Below, one piece after another: positions 25,421-40,050 of a stretch of 64,000 nt of DNA (positions are counted from its first letter, which is position 1; each line of letters opens with the position of its first letter). Position numbers and translations under genes: made by a program. Source of the DNA: Octopus sinensis (taxonomy: Eukaryota); the NCBI RefSeq assembly GCF_006345805.1, contig NC_043005.1, positions 50,716,001 to 50,780,000 of the forward strand. Direction: 5' to 3'. The notes under the pieces were generated by a model. That model was not told the origin of the DNA and searched no databases. It saw only the letters and a list, made by a program, of their open reading frames with translations.

Positions 25421-25839
25421 TATGTATGTATGTATGTATGTATGCATGTATGTATAGTGAGACAAAGGGAACTCAAGAGGTCCATGTAAGATCTCAGTCA
25501 ACACTTCAAGCGAAATCAGGGCTAGCAGGATATTGATACTAATATAATGATAAATGCAATGCAGGTACCTGTAAACCTATGTTAAATACACAGACACACA
25601 CACACACACAACACACACACACACACGCGCGCGCACACGCACACGCACGCACGCACTCACGCGCATACATAGATATTGTGGTGTCACTTTGGTAAAGCGA
25701 CAACGATTACACCTTGACGATAGAAAGTGACGTGGCGATTAACTGAGTCATGTATATACAGAAAATATATAGATACATACATATATACATTCATACATAC
25801 ATAAACACATAGATCCAGTCACACACGCATGTATGTATG

Positions 25840-25873
<34 letters not shown>

Positions 25874-25958
25874 CATATATATATACATACATACATATAT
25901 ACATATATATACATACATACATACATATATGTATATATATATATATATATTATATATA

Positions 25959-26001
<43 letters not shown>

Positions 26002-26245
26002 ATATATTATACATGTATGCAGATATGCAGAGAGAGTGGTTGGAGAGGGAGAGTAAGAGAGTTCTTATGGGATTTACACGAAACTAAAGTTCACAGCAAA
26101 AGATTAAAAAAAAAGAGAGAAAAAGAAAGAAGGAAAGAAATTTAATCGATATTCACTTAGTTTAGTGATTGATTTTATGCGAGCTCGATACTGAATGGAA
26201 AGAACAATAGGAGAAACTTAGTCACCGTTAGAAGTATTTTGTCAC

Positions 26246-26280
<35 letters not shown>

Positions 26281-26355
26281 AAGTGGTGGTGGTGGTGGTG
26301 GTAGTAGATGTTGTTGTAGTAGTAGTAGTAGTAATAATAATAATAATAATAATAA

Positions 26356-26398
<43 letters not shown>

Positions 26399-27099
26399 TG
26401 CCGCTGTTGTTGTTGTTGATGCTACTGTTAATATTACTGTCGTTCGTCTTGCTGTTGATTTTTTTTTTTTTTGGGAGACTTTTATAGTTTCTGCTAGTTG
26501 TTCTCGTTTCTTTTTAAAATTATTGCTGTTGTTGTTGTAGTCTCTCTTGTTTGGTTGTTGTTGTTGTTTTTTGTTTGTTGTTGTTGTTGTTGTTGTTGTT
26601 GTTTGTGTTGTTGCTGTTGTAAAGGAAGAAAAATAAAACAAAAGGATGATATAATGCAATACTAATGCTCTTGTGTACATGCTTCTGAAAGTCACCAGTT
26701 ATAAAGTAACTTTTAGTTTAGCAGATTAGTAGAATAGCAGTGTAACGGTGGAGCAGAATAGGTGTATAGCAAGGTGGTGGGTTGAAAACACAAGTTTGTT
26801 GTTGTTGTTGTTGTTGTTGTTGTCGCTGCTGCTGCTGCTTTTGTCGTTTATTTCTCACTCCTGGAGAAAGAATGAGTAACAAAATGAATGAATGACAACA
26901 TTGGCACGTGACTGTTACTTATGTTCCAATGAACGTGTTCACACTGTTTTTTCTTGCACCGTGTGTGCGCGTGCGCGCGCGTGTATGTATGTGTATGTGT
27001 GCGTATGTATGTGTATGTATGGGTGTGTGGATAACAACATTATACTATATGAGTTCGTCTACTTTTAAAACAACGACGTGATTGGAGGGAAATTTGACT

Positions 27100-27487
27100 G
27101 CCAACCACATGGTTCCGGGTTCAGTCCCACTGCGTGGCAACTTGGGCAAGTGTCTTTTACTATAGCCTCGTGATGGCCAAATCCTTATGAGTGGATTTGG
27201 TAAACGGAAACTGAAAGAAGCCCGTCGTATATATATATATGTAGATATATGTGTATGTATGTATGTATATATGTGTGTGTATATGTTTGTGTGTCTGTGT
27301 TTGTCCCCCCAACATCGCTTGACAACCGATGCTGGTATGTTTATGTCCCCGTAACTTAGCGGTTCGGCAAAAGAGACCGATAGAATAAGTACTAGGCTTA
27401 CAAAGAATAAGTCCTGGGGTCGATCTGCTCGACTAAAGGTGATGCTCCAGCATGGCCGCAGTCAAATGACTGAAACTGAAGCAAGTC
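27100..27487 (+). mobile_element. SINE family A (slightly 5'-truncated)
   Basis: Collinear with 19426-19817. Confidence 0.9.
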
Positions 27488-28030
27488 AAATTGCTGCGTA
27501 AGAGACTCCTTCCTTCTTTACCTCGTTCGTCTGTCTATCTCTGTGTCTGTCTGTCTGTGTAACATGGTACTACTACACATTATTCACCACAACGAAGCTA
27601 CAAAGTCAACATTTATAACAATAACAACAGTAAAGTAACGACGTATATCGCTGATTACAAGTGATGTGTTATTTACTCGTAGTCATACACTCTTATTTAT
27701 AAATTCGTGCTGTCTGTGTTTCTCTTTTCCTTCTTGATTTTTGTTCTACCTTTACTCTCTTTTAATCTCTTTGTGAAAAAAGATGGTGGCGTAATTATCA
27801 TTTGTACTTCTTTGCTGTGGTTGAACAACGGAATACTTCCCCAGTTCTAGAAACTAAGTGAACGGGAAGCCACAATTTCAGCTGCTATGTCTTTCTGGCA
27901 CATACTGTCGCACTATGTATGGTTTTCACAACGTGTAATTCGTTTTGATTTTTCCCTATGTTGCTTTTGTCTAAGAAATTCATATCTCTACTGATATCTA
28001 TGTGGTTCATTTATTTTTCTCATATTATTA

Positions 28031-28117
<87 letters not shown>

Positions 28118-28154
28118 TTATTGCTCACAGGCAAAAATCTCAATGAATAACTTT

Positions 28155-28865
28155 CAAGAAACAGATCATGAAACACAAATTTCAGAAAGACTGACCAAAA
28201 AAACAGAGATTAAAAATATATAAATTTACAAATACAGATCAAGACGTGAGAATTACAGATCATAAAATGCATATGAAAACACAAATCAACAAACATAGAT
28301 CAAGAAATATGTATGAAGTAACATAGATGAATAAACACTTGAATCACAGGTCAAGAAAAAGATCAAAAAATAAAAAAATAGACACAGATGAAGAAACGAG
28401 TATCAAGAAAAACAGTTGAATAAACACTTAAAACACAGCTCAAGAAACATATATTAAAAAAGACACATGAATAAACACTAGTAACGCAGATCAAAAGACC
28501 TGTATCAGGAAACACGGGTGAATAGATACTTGAAACACAGATCAAGAGATGAAGAGGTAGATACAAATCAAAAACAAAGATCAAGAAAGAAAGTGATGAC
28601 TCAAATCAACAAGCTTGTATCAAGGAACACAAATGAATAAGAACTGAAAAGACAGATCAAGAAACACCGATCAAGAAATGAAGATATAATCACAGATCAC
28701 AAAAGTGTATGAAGGAACACAGATAAATAAATACTAGAAATACAAAACAGATTTCAATGAACGTCTATCAAAAAATACCGATCAAGGCAAAAAAGAAATT
28801 AAAAGAAGAGTAGAGATAAAGTAACAGAGATCAAAAGCATAAAGGTTACAAATCAAGAAATACAA
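28155..28865 (+). repeat. Degenerate A-rich minisatellite built on AAACACAGATCAAGA-like units
   Basis: Many recurrences of acagatca/acaaatca/acagatga motifs at irregular spacing. Confidence 0.7.
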
Positions 28866-29735
28866 AATATAGTTCACTCACTGATACACTCCATCCTCTC
28901 TCCAACAGTTTCACTCTCTCCTCTTTCTCTCTCATTCTTTCTTTCTCTCCCTCTCTCACCTTCTCCTTCTACTGGTACTATAATGGCACTGCTCCTGACA
29001 GCTGTCTGAGCTCGTGCCACCTCCATCCAGTTATCTCCGACTCATTCACCACTTCTCTTCTCATCACTCGTGTTGTGCTCAAATTCAAGGTCGTTCTTTC
29101 AAAGAACACTGGCGCTCTGGAACTTCCTTCTTATTCACGTTTTCTCTTTGAAGACCATTGGTACTAACCCTTTCCTCAAACCCAGGAAGTAAAATAAAGA
29201 CAACGGGAATGCGGGAGGAAAATACACGCCAAGACACACAAAGCACAGATATTAAAGGTACACAGAGCTCTGAAGACACTCGATAACTACGAGCAATTGG
29301 AGGAAACCATGATGTTTATGTCTTTTCAACACAGAAAGTTAACCACTATTTCTATAATAATTGCCAATCCAACGAAGGATGTTGATTTAACTTAATAAAG
29401 AGATAAAGTACAATTAATCTCTGTTATTTTTACCTCGATATGTTATAAGCTTAACAAATACAAAAATATTTATAATGTAATAAAAAAAGAATCCGACATC
29501 ACACTCAATATTTTCGTTCTAAACAAAGCAGTAAATGTTTCCTTTATTAAAGATCGATATGAAATTGTTCGCGGAAAAATTTTTCAATAATTAATTATGT
29601 TTCACGGTAATTTTAGAAATATCTAATCAGTCAAAATAAATGAATAATGTCTTCCGTCTCCATTCGCGAATTAAGAATCCAATATACTCTTTAAAATCTG
29701 AGTTCAATTGCACAATAATAACATCAATATCATCG

Positions 29736-30560
<825 letters not shown>

Positions 30561-30880
30561 TATCGATGGTGGTAATGATCCAGTTTACCATCTGTGAGTG
30601 ATTAAGAGAATTAGAGAATGAGAAGATCTCTTAATAAATGCCGTTCAACACCTTGAGAATTTATCGATAAACCAATTGAGAAAACACCACACCAGCTCCC
30701 TTCCCCGCCGCTCCCCATACACAAGAATCACCCCCCCCCACCACCACCACCACCATTAGCCAACATTCTCATCGTCGTCCTCGTCGTCATTATCATCATC
30801 AACGTCATCATCATGGCTACAAACATATCTGGTGGAAGAAGGTGTCCATTGCCACGAATCACCTTTGTTGGTGCAACAGT

Positions 30881-30919
<39 letters not shown>

Positions 30920-31037
30920 ATCGATATTCTGACAACAACTACAACCACCTATACGACAATTATCACCAGCAGGGCTACCACTATTGCTACTACTACAACT
31001 ATGTCATATACGACGACTTATATGATCGCCATCATAT

Positions 31038-31683
31038 TGGTTTCAAATTTTGGCTCAAGGTTAGCAATTCCGGGGATTACACCGACCCCAGTATTCAACT
31101 GATACTTATTTTATCGACTCTGAAAGATGAAAGGCAAAGTCGACCTCGGCGGAATTTGAACTCTGAACGTAAGGACGGACGAAATACCTGTAAGCATTTT
31201 GCTTTGCGTGTTAACGATCCTCCCAAATCGCCACCTTACTATTGATATATATTCTTTTCTACTCTAGGCACAAGGACCGAAATTTTGGTGGAGGGGGCCA
31301 GTCGATTTGATTGACCCTAATACGCAACTGGTACTTAATTTATCGACCCTGCAAGGATGAAAGGTAAAGTCGACCTCGGCGGAATTTGAACTCAAAACGT
31401 AAAGACAGACGAAATACTGCTAAGCATTTCGCCCGGCGTGCTAACGTTTCTTATTTCATTATTGCCCACAAGGGGCTAAACATAGAGGGTACAAACAAGG
31501 ACAGACAAAGGGATTAAGTCGATTACATCGATTCCAGTGCGTAACCGGTACTTAATTTATCGAGCCCGAAATGATGAAAGGCAAAGTCGACCTCGGCGGA
31601 ATTTGAACTCAGAACGTAGCGGCAGACGAAATACCGCTAAGCATTTTGCCCGGCGTGCTAACGTTTCTGCCAGCTCACCGCCC
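31038..31683 (-). mobile_element. SINE family B cluster (composite head-core-tail1-core-tail2 plus an older monomer)
   Basis: Three copies of gaaagg(c/t)aaagtcgacctcggcggaatttgaactc. Confidence 0.9.
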
Positions 31684-32289
31684 AATGTTACATTATCAAC
31701 AACAATATCACCAGCACAATCGTCATCACAAAAGCCAACGCCATATTTATAATCGCCATCACCACCGCCACAATCAATGTTGGAGCGGGAACCACCATTA
31801 CCGCTATCACTGCCACCACCACCACTACTAATACCAGCAGTAATAGTATTACCATCACCATCATCACCACCAGCTTTACAACCAATAACACCACCGTCAT
31901 CACTACCTCACTACCGCAACAACAACAAACGCCACCGCCACCATTTTTAGCAATATCCCCAGCACCACCACTAATAATAGCAATACCTCTAATAATACTA
32001 ATGTTAGCACCATTACCAACACACCTTATCACCACTACGATGACAACCACCACCACCACCACAGCCGCCCTCATACCATTGCCGTCAATATTAAAAGCAT
32101 ATGAAATAAAATTAAGGGCAATACATGATCAAAACAAATAATTTTTATTGAATAAAATTGTATTTCTTCAAATTTCTAATTCCCAATTATTTCTTCCACA
32201 GTATTTTTGTTGAATAAATTTAATTTATTGTTGTTGATGTTCATGACATCACCATCTTCATCGTCGTCGTCGTTGTCCTCCATACTATT

Positions 32290-33305
32290 GATATTAATAT
32301 TGTTTAATCCTAGATCATTTGTGAGCGAGAAAAAGGGATCTCTGTCGATTTAGACGATGAACATTTTGTTCTTTGATCAACACAAGTCCCTACTTATTGA
32401 ATTAGCATGAAAGTAGCCTTAACGTTACCAGTGTGGCATAATGAGTGACTGTTAGGGTAAGGCTGGACCACCGAATCACAAGTACAATCCATCTTTGAGA
32501 CTGACTTCCGTTTACCCAATATCACTTACAAGGCTTCGGTTGATCGAAGGCTATGAAGTTTACACATCATGCAGTAGTGACAAGCCCAGAATCTCGTGAT
32601 TGCGAAACTAGTTATGAAGGCAATCAGTCATGCTGCGTTCATTCTAATCAAATAAACTTATGATCAAAAGATTTTCTAACTGCGAACATCACGTCGTTTG
32701 AAGAGCCAGCCAACCCAAATCGAATAAACCTTATCATGTAAGGCATCACATTCTCTCGTTTTGTAACATCAAATCAGCCTTGATCAAAAGGGACTTTGAT
32801 CAAAGGCTTCAAACTACGACCATTCGGTCTTCTTGGAGACCCTGAATAGCTCTCATTGATTAACCCTATGATCAAAGATGTTGTAGCTATTACTGTCCCT
32901 TCTAATCCTCAGAGATAGTGTATCTAAGACTAGTATTATATTATACTATCAGCCCTTCACTAAGGCCGGGTGTAGGGCATATTATGAGGGTGAATTAGCA
33001 CTGATTTCTAGCAGGTCACGATGCTATGAAGAGATTCGATGTCACGTCGAATATTTGGGGGCATTGTTGCTGTTGTTACTGCTGCTCTTGCTGCTCCTGC
33101 TACAACTGTTGTTGTTTACACCAGGTTAACCTTACGAGAACAGAACTATGATGAAACGCGTTCCAGCAGAGGCTAATCTGTATTTCTGCATATCTACGGC
33201 GAATGCATTATCTAATATATCGTTAAGACGACTGAATTTGATTTGGAGTGGGGGAGGTCTTTGACTGCTATTTATTCCAACTCAAACGACCACACAGACG
33301 ACTTC
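32290..33305 (+). repeat. Cluster of decayed copies of a dispersed repeat (cctatgatcaaag... / ...gctatttctagc tail)
   Basis: (t/a)tgatcaaa(a/g)g recurs at ~32660, ~32780, ~32797 and ~32868. Similar segments lie at 14090-14420 and 54060-54260. Confidence 0.5.
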
Positions 33306-33438
33306 CCATGTTTTCTTTTACATAATATCAGTAATTTTGTCTCCGATTTCCAAATTCAAAGAGCGTGTAGTGATAGTGGAATTCTCTAAATACGTGTTTT
33401 GTTTTCCATTTTTTTCTTCTTCTTTTAGTGATATAGCT

Positions 33439-33602
33439 CATTTGACTGCGGCCATACTGAAGCACTTTCTTGAAAGGTTTAGTCGGTCAAATTGCCAGCA
33501 GTATTTAATTTTAAATCTTGTACTCATCGTATCGTTACTTTTTGCCGAACCACTAAGTTCTTGAGACGTAAACAAACCAACACCGGTTGTCAAGCAGTGA
33601 TA

Positions 33603-33637
<35 letters not shown>

Positions 33638-33750
33638 TATGTGTGTATACACAACGGACTTCCACACTCACAAGGCATTGGTCGGGTTGGAGTCACACGG
33701 TGGAACTGAACCAGAAACCACGTGGTTGCAAAGTCAGCTTCTTCAACTAC
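33439..33750 (-). mobile_element. Diverged SINE family A
   Basis: catttgactgcggccat..., ttttgccgaaccactaag, internal (CA)n, gaactgaacc. Confidence 0.75.
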
Positions 33751-34084
33751 ACAACCAAGTTCCAAGACAAAGCAATATCCCGTAACTTTAATTCCGTATA
33801 AAAGAAAACGAAAGTGAAACCTTAGTGTAAAGACTAATTAATTAACAGAGCATTGATTGATATATGAAAAGAAACATTTCTTATGCGTAGTGAATGAATT
33901 TCTGGTGATGAGAAGGAGGAAGAGGAGACCGAATACAACCGTGTGTGTACATGTGTGTTTGAATATCTGTCCGCTTGGCAGATATATTCATCTGAGTCAT
34001 AACTGCGTGCCAATGAGTTTTCATATAAGGGCGGGTGTACCTGTGGACTTGGTTATAAGCGTTTTCTTGTATGGGTGCAAGTAT

Positions 34085-34692
34085 ACGTGTGTGTGAGTAC
34101 GTGTGCGTGGATGTGTCTGCATGTGTGCGTGTGTGTGTGGGTATGCATGTGTGTGCTAGTGTGCGTGTGTGCGTGTGTGTGCGTGTGTGTGTGTTAGAGA
34201 GTGTGTGTGTCTGCTAGTGTGCGTGGGCGCGTACGTGTCTGTATGTGTGCGTGTGTGGGGGGACATGTGTGTGTATGTGCGTGTGCGTGAGGGGACGTGC
34301 ATGTGTGTGTGTATGCATGCGTGTCTGTGCGTGTATGTCTGCCTGTATGTATATGTGCGTATCGGCATGTGTGTGTGTGTTCGTGTGTGTATGTGAGTGT
34401 CTGTGGGGGTATGCATGTGTGTGTGTGTGCGCGTGTCTGTGTGTGTGTGTGCGTGCGTGTGTGTGGGGACATGCATCTGTGTGTGTGTGTGTGTGCGTGC
34501 GTGTGTGTGGGTACATGCATGTGTGTGTGTGTGTGTGTGCATGCGTTCCTGTGCGTGTATGTCTGGCTGTATATGTGCGTGCGCGTGCGTAACTGCATGT
34601 GTGTATGTTCGTGTGTGTGTGTGTATGTGTGTGTGTGCGCGCGCGTGTGTGTGTGTGTGTGTGTGTGTCTGTGTGCGCGCGTGTACGTGCTT
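34085..34692. repeat. ~600-bp alternating purine-pyrimidine (TG/CG/TA) cryptic satellite
   Basis: Direct reading, with recurring gtgtgggg(g)acatg sub-units. Confidence 0.92.
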
Positions 34693-34783
34693 GAGTGTAA
34701 ATGGACATAGGCCTGAAGAAGTGAGTAAGAGTTTTGCTTCTTTTAAATTATTTTAAATCTCTGGCTGAAATAAATAAATAATA

Positions 34784-35015
34784 TATTTCTTTACTACCCA
34801 CAAGGGGCTAAACACAGAGAGGACAAATAAGGACAGACAAACGGATTAAGTCGATTATATCGTCCCCAGTGCGTAACTGGTACTTATTTAATCGACCCCG
34901 AAAGGATGAAAGGCAAAGTCGACCTCGGCGGAATTTGAACTCAGAACGTAGCGGCGGACGAAATACTGCTAAGCATTTCGCCCGGCGTGCTAACGATTCT
35001 GCCAGCTTGCCGCCT
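34784..35015 (-). mobile_element. SINE family B monomer (head-core-tail1), young
   Basis: Near-consensus match to 57752-57969 and 62208-62440. Confidence 0.92.
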
Positions 35016-36070
35016 TGATAAATAAATAATAAACGAATAAAACTACGGGGCAGTTTGGTGAAGTATATTTGCCATAAACACAACTTTATTTTCAGCCCAA
35101 GCCCAACAAGTGAAATAGGTTTGGTGGAAACAGTGGAAAAGTTTCTGATGATTTTATTATGACAAATTTTAGGAGTGGAAAATGTAGCGTATGATTTTGG
35201 TCAACAATAACATCGATAGCATTTATGCCTGTTTAACATTCGTTTAAAATCCAGAATAGATTTTAAGTCCATGAGTACATGAGCACGCATTCGGACAAAA
35301 AGGATAACAGTGTTCCATTGGTGCCATCGGAAGTGCATGCATACAAACATCCGGTGCTGGTCTTCTGATATATGAATTTTCATGGATGACAAACCCGAAA
35401 TGTAAAAGTATAATGGAAGCAAAGACTGCACAAGTGAGATTATCATTGGATCGTCTATCATACAGTTTTTGTTTTGCTATTTGAGGGGAAAATAAAATTT
35501 TCCCAAATTGCAGGATATTGATCTTCGTTATAAATAGCCGTCCACTTCTGTTCAGTGCAAAGCGTTCCCAACAAACACACTAGTTAAGATTGTCATTTTT
35601 GTACGATGTCATGAAATCTTTTCTGTAGTTTGTGCTGAGGATGCTTCCCATTTACAAGCACACAATCATAATACACACACACACACCACACACACACACA
35701 CACTCACACTCACACACACAGAGGCTGTCGGCAGCTAAACCGACACTCACACTAAACTTGCCTGATGATCAACATAGGTAGAAACACAGGAGGACTTAAA
35801 ACAAGACCTGGTAAAAGGACAGATAAACCAAGTGCATGTTCAAACGACTGTCTAGCAATAGCACGGGCTCTCAGAAATTACGAATTGGTGTCCGGCGTGC
35901 TGGAAGACCACCGTGAGTGAGGTATCCCTTAGCTTTTGTTAAAGCATGTCTCTAGGAAAGGTCACTCCGATATCAACCAGATTATGCCGTCGTGGTCAAA
36001 TGTTTGGAGCGTAGGTCTGAAAATCAAAATTTTTATATTAAACGCCCAAAGTCATATTTGATTTGCAATA

Positions 36071-36244
36071 TATTATTACTCGGCCAAAAGTTCGGAATAT
36101 AGGTCTGAAAATTAGAATATTTATCTTAATTTGATCAGTTATCAGTAAGTATATCTCTGCGTTGTATATATTTGAATTGATTTGTACTTGGACCTAACAA
36201 TTTTAGTTAAAAAAAAAAATTCCAAACTTTTGGCCAGGATAGTA
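36071..36244. mobile_element. Tc1-type MITE
   Basis: Inverted ends ..ctcggccaaaagttcggaat / attccaaacttttggccaggatagta. A second left-end copy lies at ~35990-36040. Confidence 0.65.
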
Positions 36245-37720
36245 TGCACAGAATGCCAGTGAATATTTTTGGGATCGTTTGCTTGTGCTTGAGATCATGG
36301 TGTTCCCATATCCCTGAAACAGCGACCCATATTGATATAGGATATCTTACCCCATATTGGTCTCTGGATTATGTTTCAGTAATCTATGTAGCTAAATAGT
36401 TGAATGATCTCCCCTGCAAGAAGGTTTATAGAGTAAACTCCCTTTACTAAACTTCTCCAAGCATCTGTGTCATGAGACGTGATTCTTAATTATTCAAGAG
36501 GTTTAGCGTTTCTCTTGGTAGTTTCTAGAATATCTGGCTTTCCATTAATAAAAACAGCATGCTAACCCTGCTCTTCGCTTCTTAGTCAATTAGACTTAGA
36601 GTCATTTACATCATTGTAAGCCTTACTGGTGCAAGCCTTACTGGTGCTAAAATTTTAGATTGTACAATCGCCGGCGAGACAACTATTTGATGGCCGCTTG
36701 AGTAAGAAGGGCGCAGCGGTGAGCATGGAAACTGCGGACGCGAACTAGGATGAAGCTGACTGTTGGTGCATTGAGCTCATGCATGGGCAGTGGTCAGTGT
36801 TGGTCTCCATCGGTGACTAGTGGTCAGCCATCATATAAAGATTTACCCTTGTCACACTTTGGTCCTACCTGAGGATTTACAATAATGGCATTGGTGTCTG
36901 TGAGATACTCAGCCATGTACACCATAAGTCAATGAATAAGCATGTCAGTATGCTAAACAATTCTCCGTGGAATACTCTTCGCCGAAAGCATCGTAGGATA
37001 ATCTTTCCTTCATGATGATGATGATGATGATGACGAGGAGGCAGAGGATCATCATCCTCCCACCTCTTCCTCCTCCTCTTCCTCCAACATCAATCATCAT
37101 CATCGTCGTCATCATCATCATGTTCTTCGTGAATATGTGTTTTGAGTATATGTACTTATGCATGCGAGCATGCGCGTTTGTGTGCCCGCGCACGTATGTG
37201 TGCACGTTTAAAAGTCGTAGCAGAATTGTCGGAGAAAAAAAAACGGTGAGAAAATAATGAAGAGTGAGTGAGAAATAAAATAATGAGGACGATGATGATG
37301 ATGATGATGATGACGACGACGACGACGACGATGATGATGATGAGGATGATGATGATGATGATGATGAGGATGATGATGATGATGATTTTCTTCTTATTCG
37401 GTTTTTCTTTCCTATCAGAAATAAGATTTCAAATGAAACATTTCTTAAAATGTAATCTAGAGTTAAATTTGACGAAATGAAAATAAAGAAGCACTTTTTT
37501 TTTTTGTAAATGGAAGCTGGAGTAAAATTTTGACGAAAATGAGAATCAAGTCTGAAGATAATTAGTTTGCTCGTGGAATCGATAAAATTATAGAAATTAC
37601 AGAGAAATGAAGATGGTTTAAACAAAATAATATATAGATATTCGAGATGAGCGAAGAAAAAATAAGTATGCATACACGCATACAGGCACGCATACACATG
37701 TGTGTGTGTGTGTGTGTGTG

Positions 37721-38122
37721 AATTCTTGTGAAACCTCTTAACCTTTAGGATATATATGCATACTTACAAACACACACACATACAAACACACAAATGCAAA
37801 CACACATCCACATATATATATATGCAGTTAGTGCATTACAGATTTTTGAATGATGAACAAATGACAGATGATAAATTACATTTCAGAATCGTGACAACAA
37901 TTTATGCAGCCTTATTTACATACATACATGTATACATACACACATACATTCATGCATTCATACCCACCGAAACACACACACACACAAACATGCATACTCC
38001 CATACACACAGATTCGTGCGCATATTATTATATATATTGGAACATTTTGAACAAAGCCTCCCTATGGCGAAGTTTGTAAAGTTAGTGCTAATTTTTTTAT
38101 GAAATAGAAAAATATATAATAT

Positions 38123-38188
<66 letters not shown>

Positions 38189-38616
38189 GTGTGTGTGGTG
38201 TGAATTCTTGTGAAACCTCTTAACCTTTAGGATATATATGCATACTTACAAACACACACACATACAACACACATATACAAACACACAAATGCAAACACAC
38301 ATCCACATATATATATATGCAGTTAGTGCATTACAGATTTTTGAATGATGAACAAATGACAGATGATAAATTACATTTCAGAATCGTGACAACAATTTAT
38401 GCAGCCTTATTTACATACATACATGTATACATACACACATACATTCATGCATTCATACCCACCGAAACACACACACACACAAACATGCATACTCCCATAC
38501 ACACAGATTCGTGCGCATATTATTATATATATTGGAACATTTTGAACAAAGCCTCCCTATGGCGAGTTTGTAAAGTTAGTGCTAATTTTTTTATGAAATA
38601 GAAAAATATATAATAT

Positions 38617-38667
<51 letters not shown>

Positions 38668-38697
38668 TATATATGTATGTATGTGTGTGTGTGTGTG
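37721..38697. repeat. Near-perfect 482-bp tandem duplication
   Basis: aattcttgtgaaacctc... starts at 37721 and again at 38203. The copies differ only by small indels. Confidence 0.95.
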
Positions 38698-38999
38698 TAT
38701 GTGTATGTAATATATATATAGATAGATAGATATAGATATAGATGTATGTATGTATGTATGTATGTATATCTATGTATTCTATTCTATATTTCCTGTTGAT
38801 TTCTCCTTCAGATAATGCTTCAGCAGGAATTAATGTATCCTTGTATGTGTTAGACGCATGCACATGGTGATATTTATGTAGGCATAGATAGATAGATATA
38901 TACATTAATTGCAAAATCTGGAGTAATACAAGTTAAAGACAGTACTGAAAGCATTTAAATCCGTGGGTCCTAACCTGGGGTCCGTGAACTAAATTTCAA

Positions 39000-39029
<30 letters not shown>

Positions 39030-39035
<6 letters not shown>

Positions 39036-39220
39036 ATCAAACATGAACAACAACGCGAGGACGTGGAACAAGTATAGTGTTATTGGACGCTCAGAAAAAG
39101 AAAGAAAGAAGGAGGATTTAACGTTTCGAGCGGAGCTCTTCGTCAGAAACATAGAAAAAGGAAAGGTCCAAGGAGGGAAGACGGAGAAAGAAAATTGCCA
39201 TCGATACACAGGCAGTCACA
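39030..39220 (-). mobile_element. Short Penelope-LTR-like element (family P2) with minimal hammerhead motif, nested in a hAT-like MITE
   Basis: Minus 39149-39117 reads ttt-CTGACGA-A-GAGC-tcc-GCTC-GAAA-CG-TT-aaa. Downstream ctgagcgtccaataacac resembles the P1 tail. The element adjoins (TA)n. Confidence 0.7.
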
Positions 39221-39619
39221 TACACACACACATAAGGATAAGCATATTAAAAGGAGTCCGTGAGAAAACTCATTTAAATAAAAGGGTTGGAAACTGTTGT
39301 TGGGAATTTCGTATATGAAGGGAGCTTATGTTATTTCATTTAAAAGTTCTGTTAGAACTTGCGAGATGTTTCATCTAGAAAACACCAAACCTTCTTGTAG
39401 AACCATAATTTTAAACGTGATATATATATATTTATATATATAACGATACAAGCAGATGATTTTCTTTGTTTATTTCAAGCTGTTTTCTGAAGGAAAACAT
39501 CTTCGATGTAGTAAGTAAACTTTGAATATGGTGTGTGCATTAACGAGAGATTTTCAGGTCCATATCTTTATTACAATAGTGTGACACATTCATCTGTTAT
39601 AATCTTTTCTTATCATTGC

Positions 39620-40050
39620 TCGCTGGAAGAATCGTTAGCACGCTGGGGAAAACGCTTAGCGGCATTTCGTATATTTACGTTCTGTGTTCGAATTCCATCA
39701 AGGTTGATTTTGTCGTTTATCTTTTCGGGGTCGATAAAATAAGTACTACCTGAACACTGGGGTCAGTGTAATCGACTTACCCCTTCCCCAAATTGCAGGT
39801 CTTGCGCCTATAGTAGAAAGGACTATTAAATTATTGTATCGCGGTGAGCTGGCAGAATCGTTTGCACACTGGGTAAAATGCTTAGCCGCATTTCGTGCGT
39901 CATTACGTTCTGAGTTTAAATTCCGTCGAGGTCGATTTTGTTTTTTATTCTCTCTGGATCGATAAAATAAGTACCAGCTGAACACAGGGGTCGATGTAAT
40001 CGACTTACCCCCTCCCCCGAAATTGCTAGCCTTATGTCAAAATTTGAAAC
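39620..40050 (+). mobile_element. Two tandem diverged SINE family B monomers
   Basis: Heads at ~39620 and ~39841, each followed by the gataaaataagtac core. Confidence 0.8.

Noticed and set aside
34708-34780. CTGAAGA-agt...gct-GAAA
   Set aside because: Stem II is weak, and there is no stem III, UH site or stem I.
35755-35800. CTGATGA...GAAAC
   Set aside because: No stem II and no UH triplet.
36618-36647. 15-bp direct repeat aagccttactggtgc x2
   Set aside because: A simple local duplication or empty-site footprint with nothing else to support a call.
36945-37697. 250-aa minus-strand ORF
   Set aside because: It is open only because of (TCA)n low complexity and has no recognisable domain.
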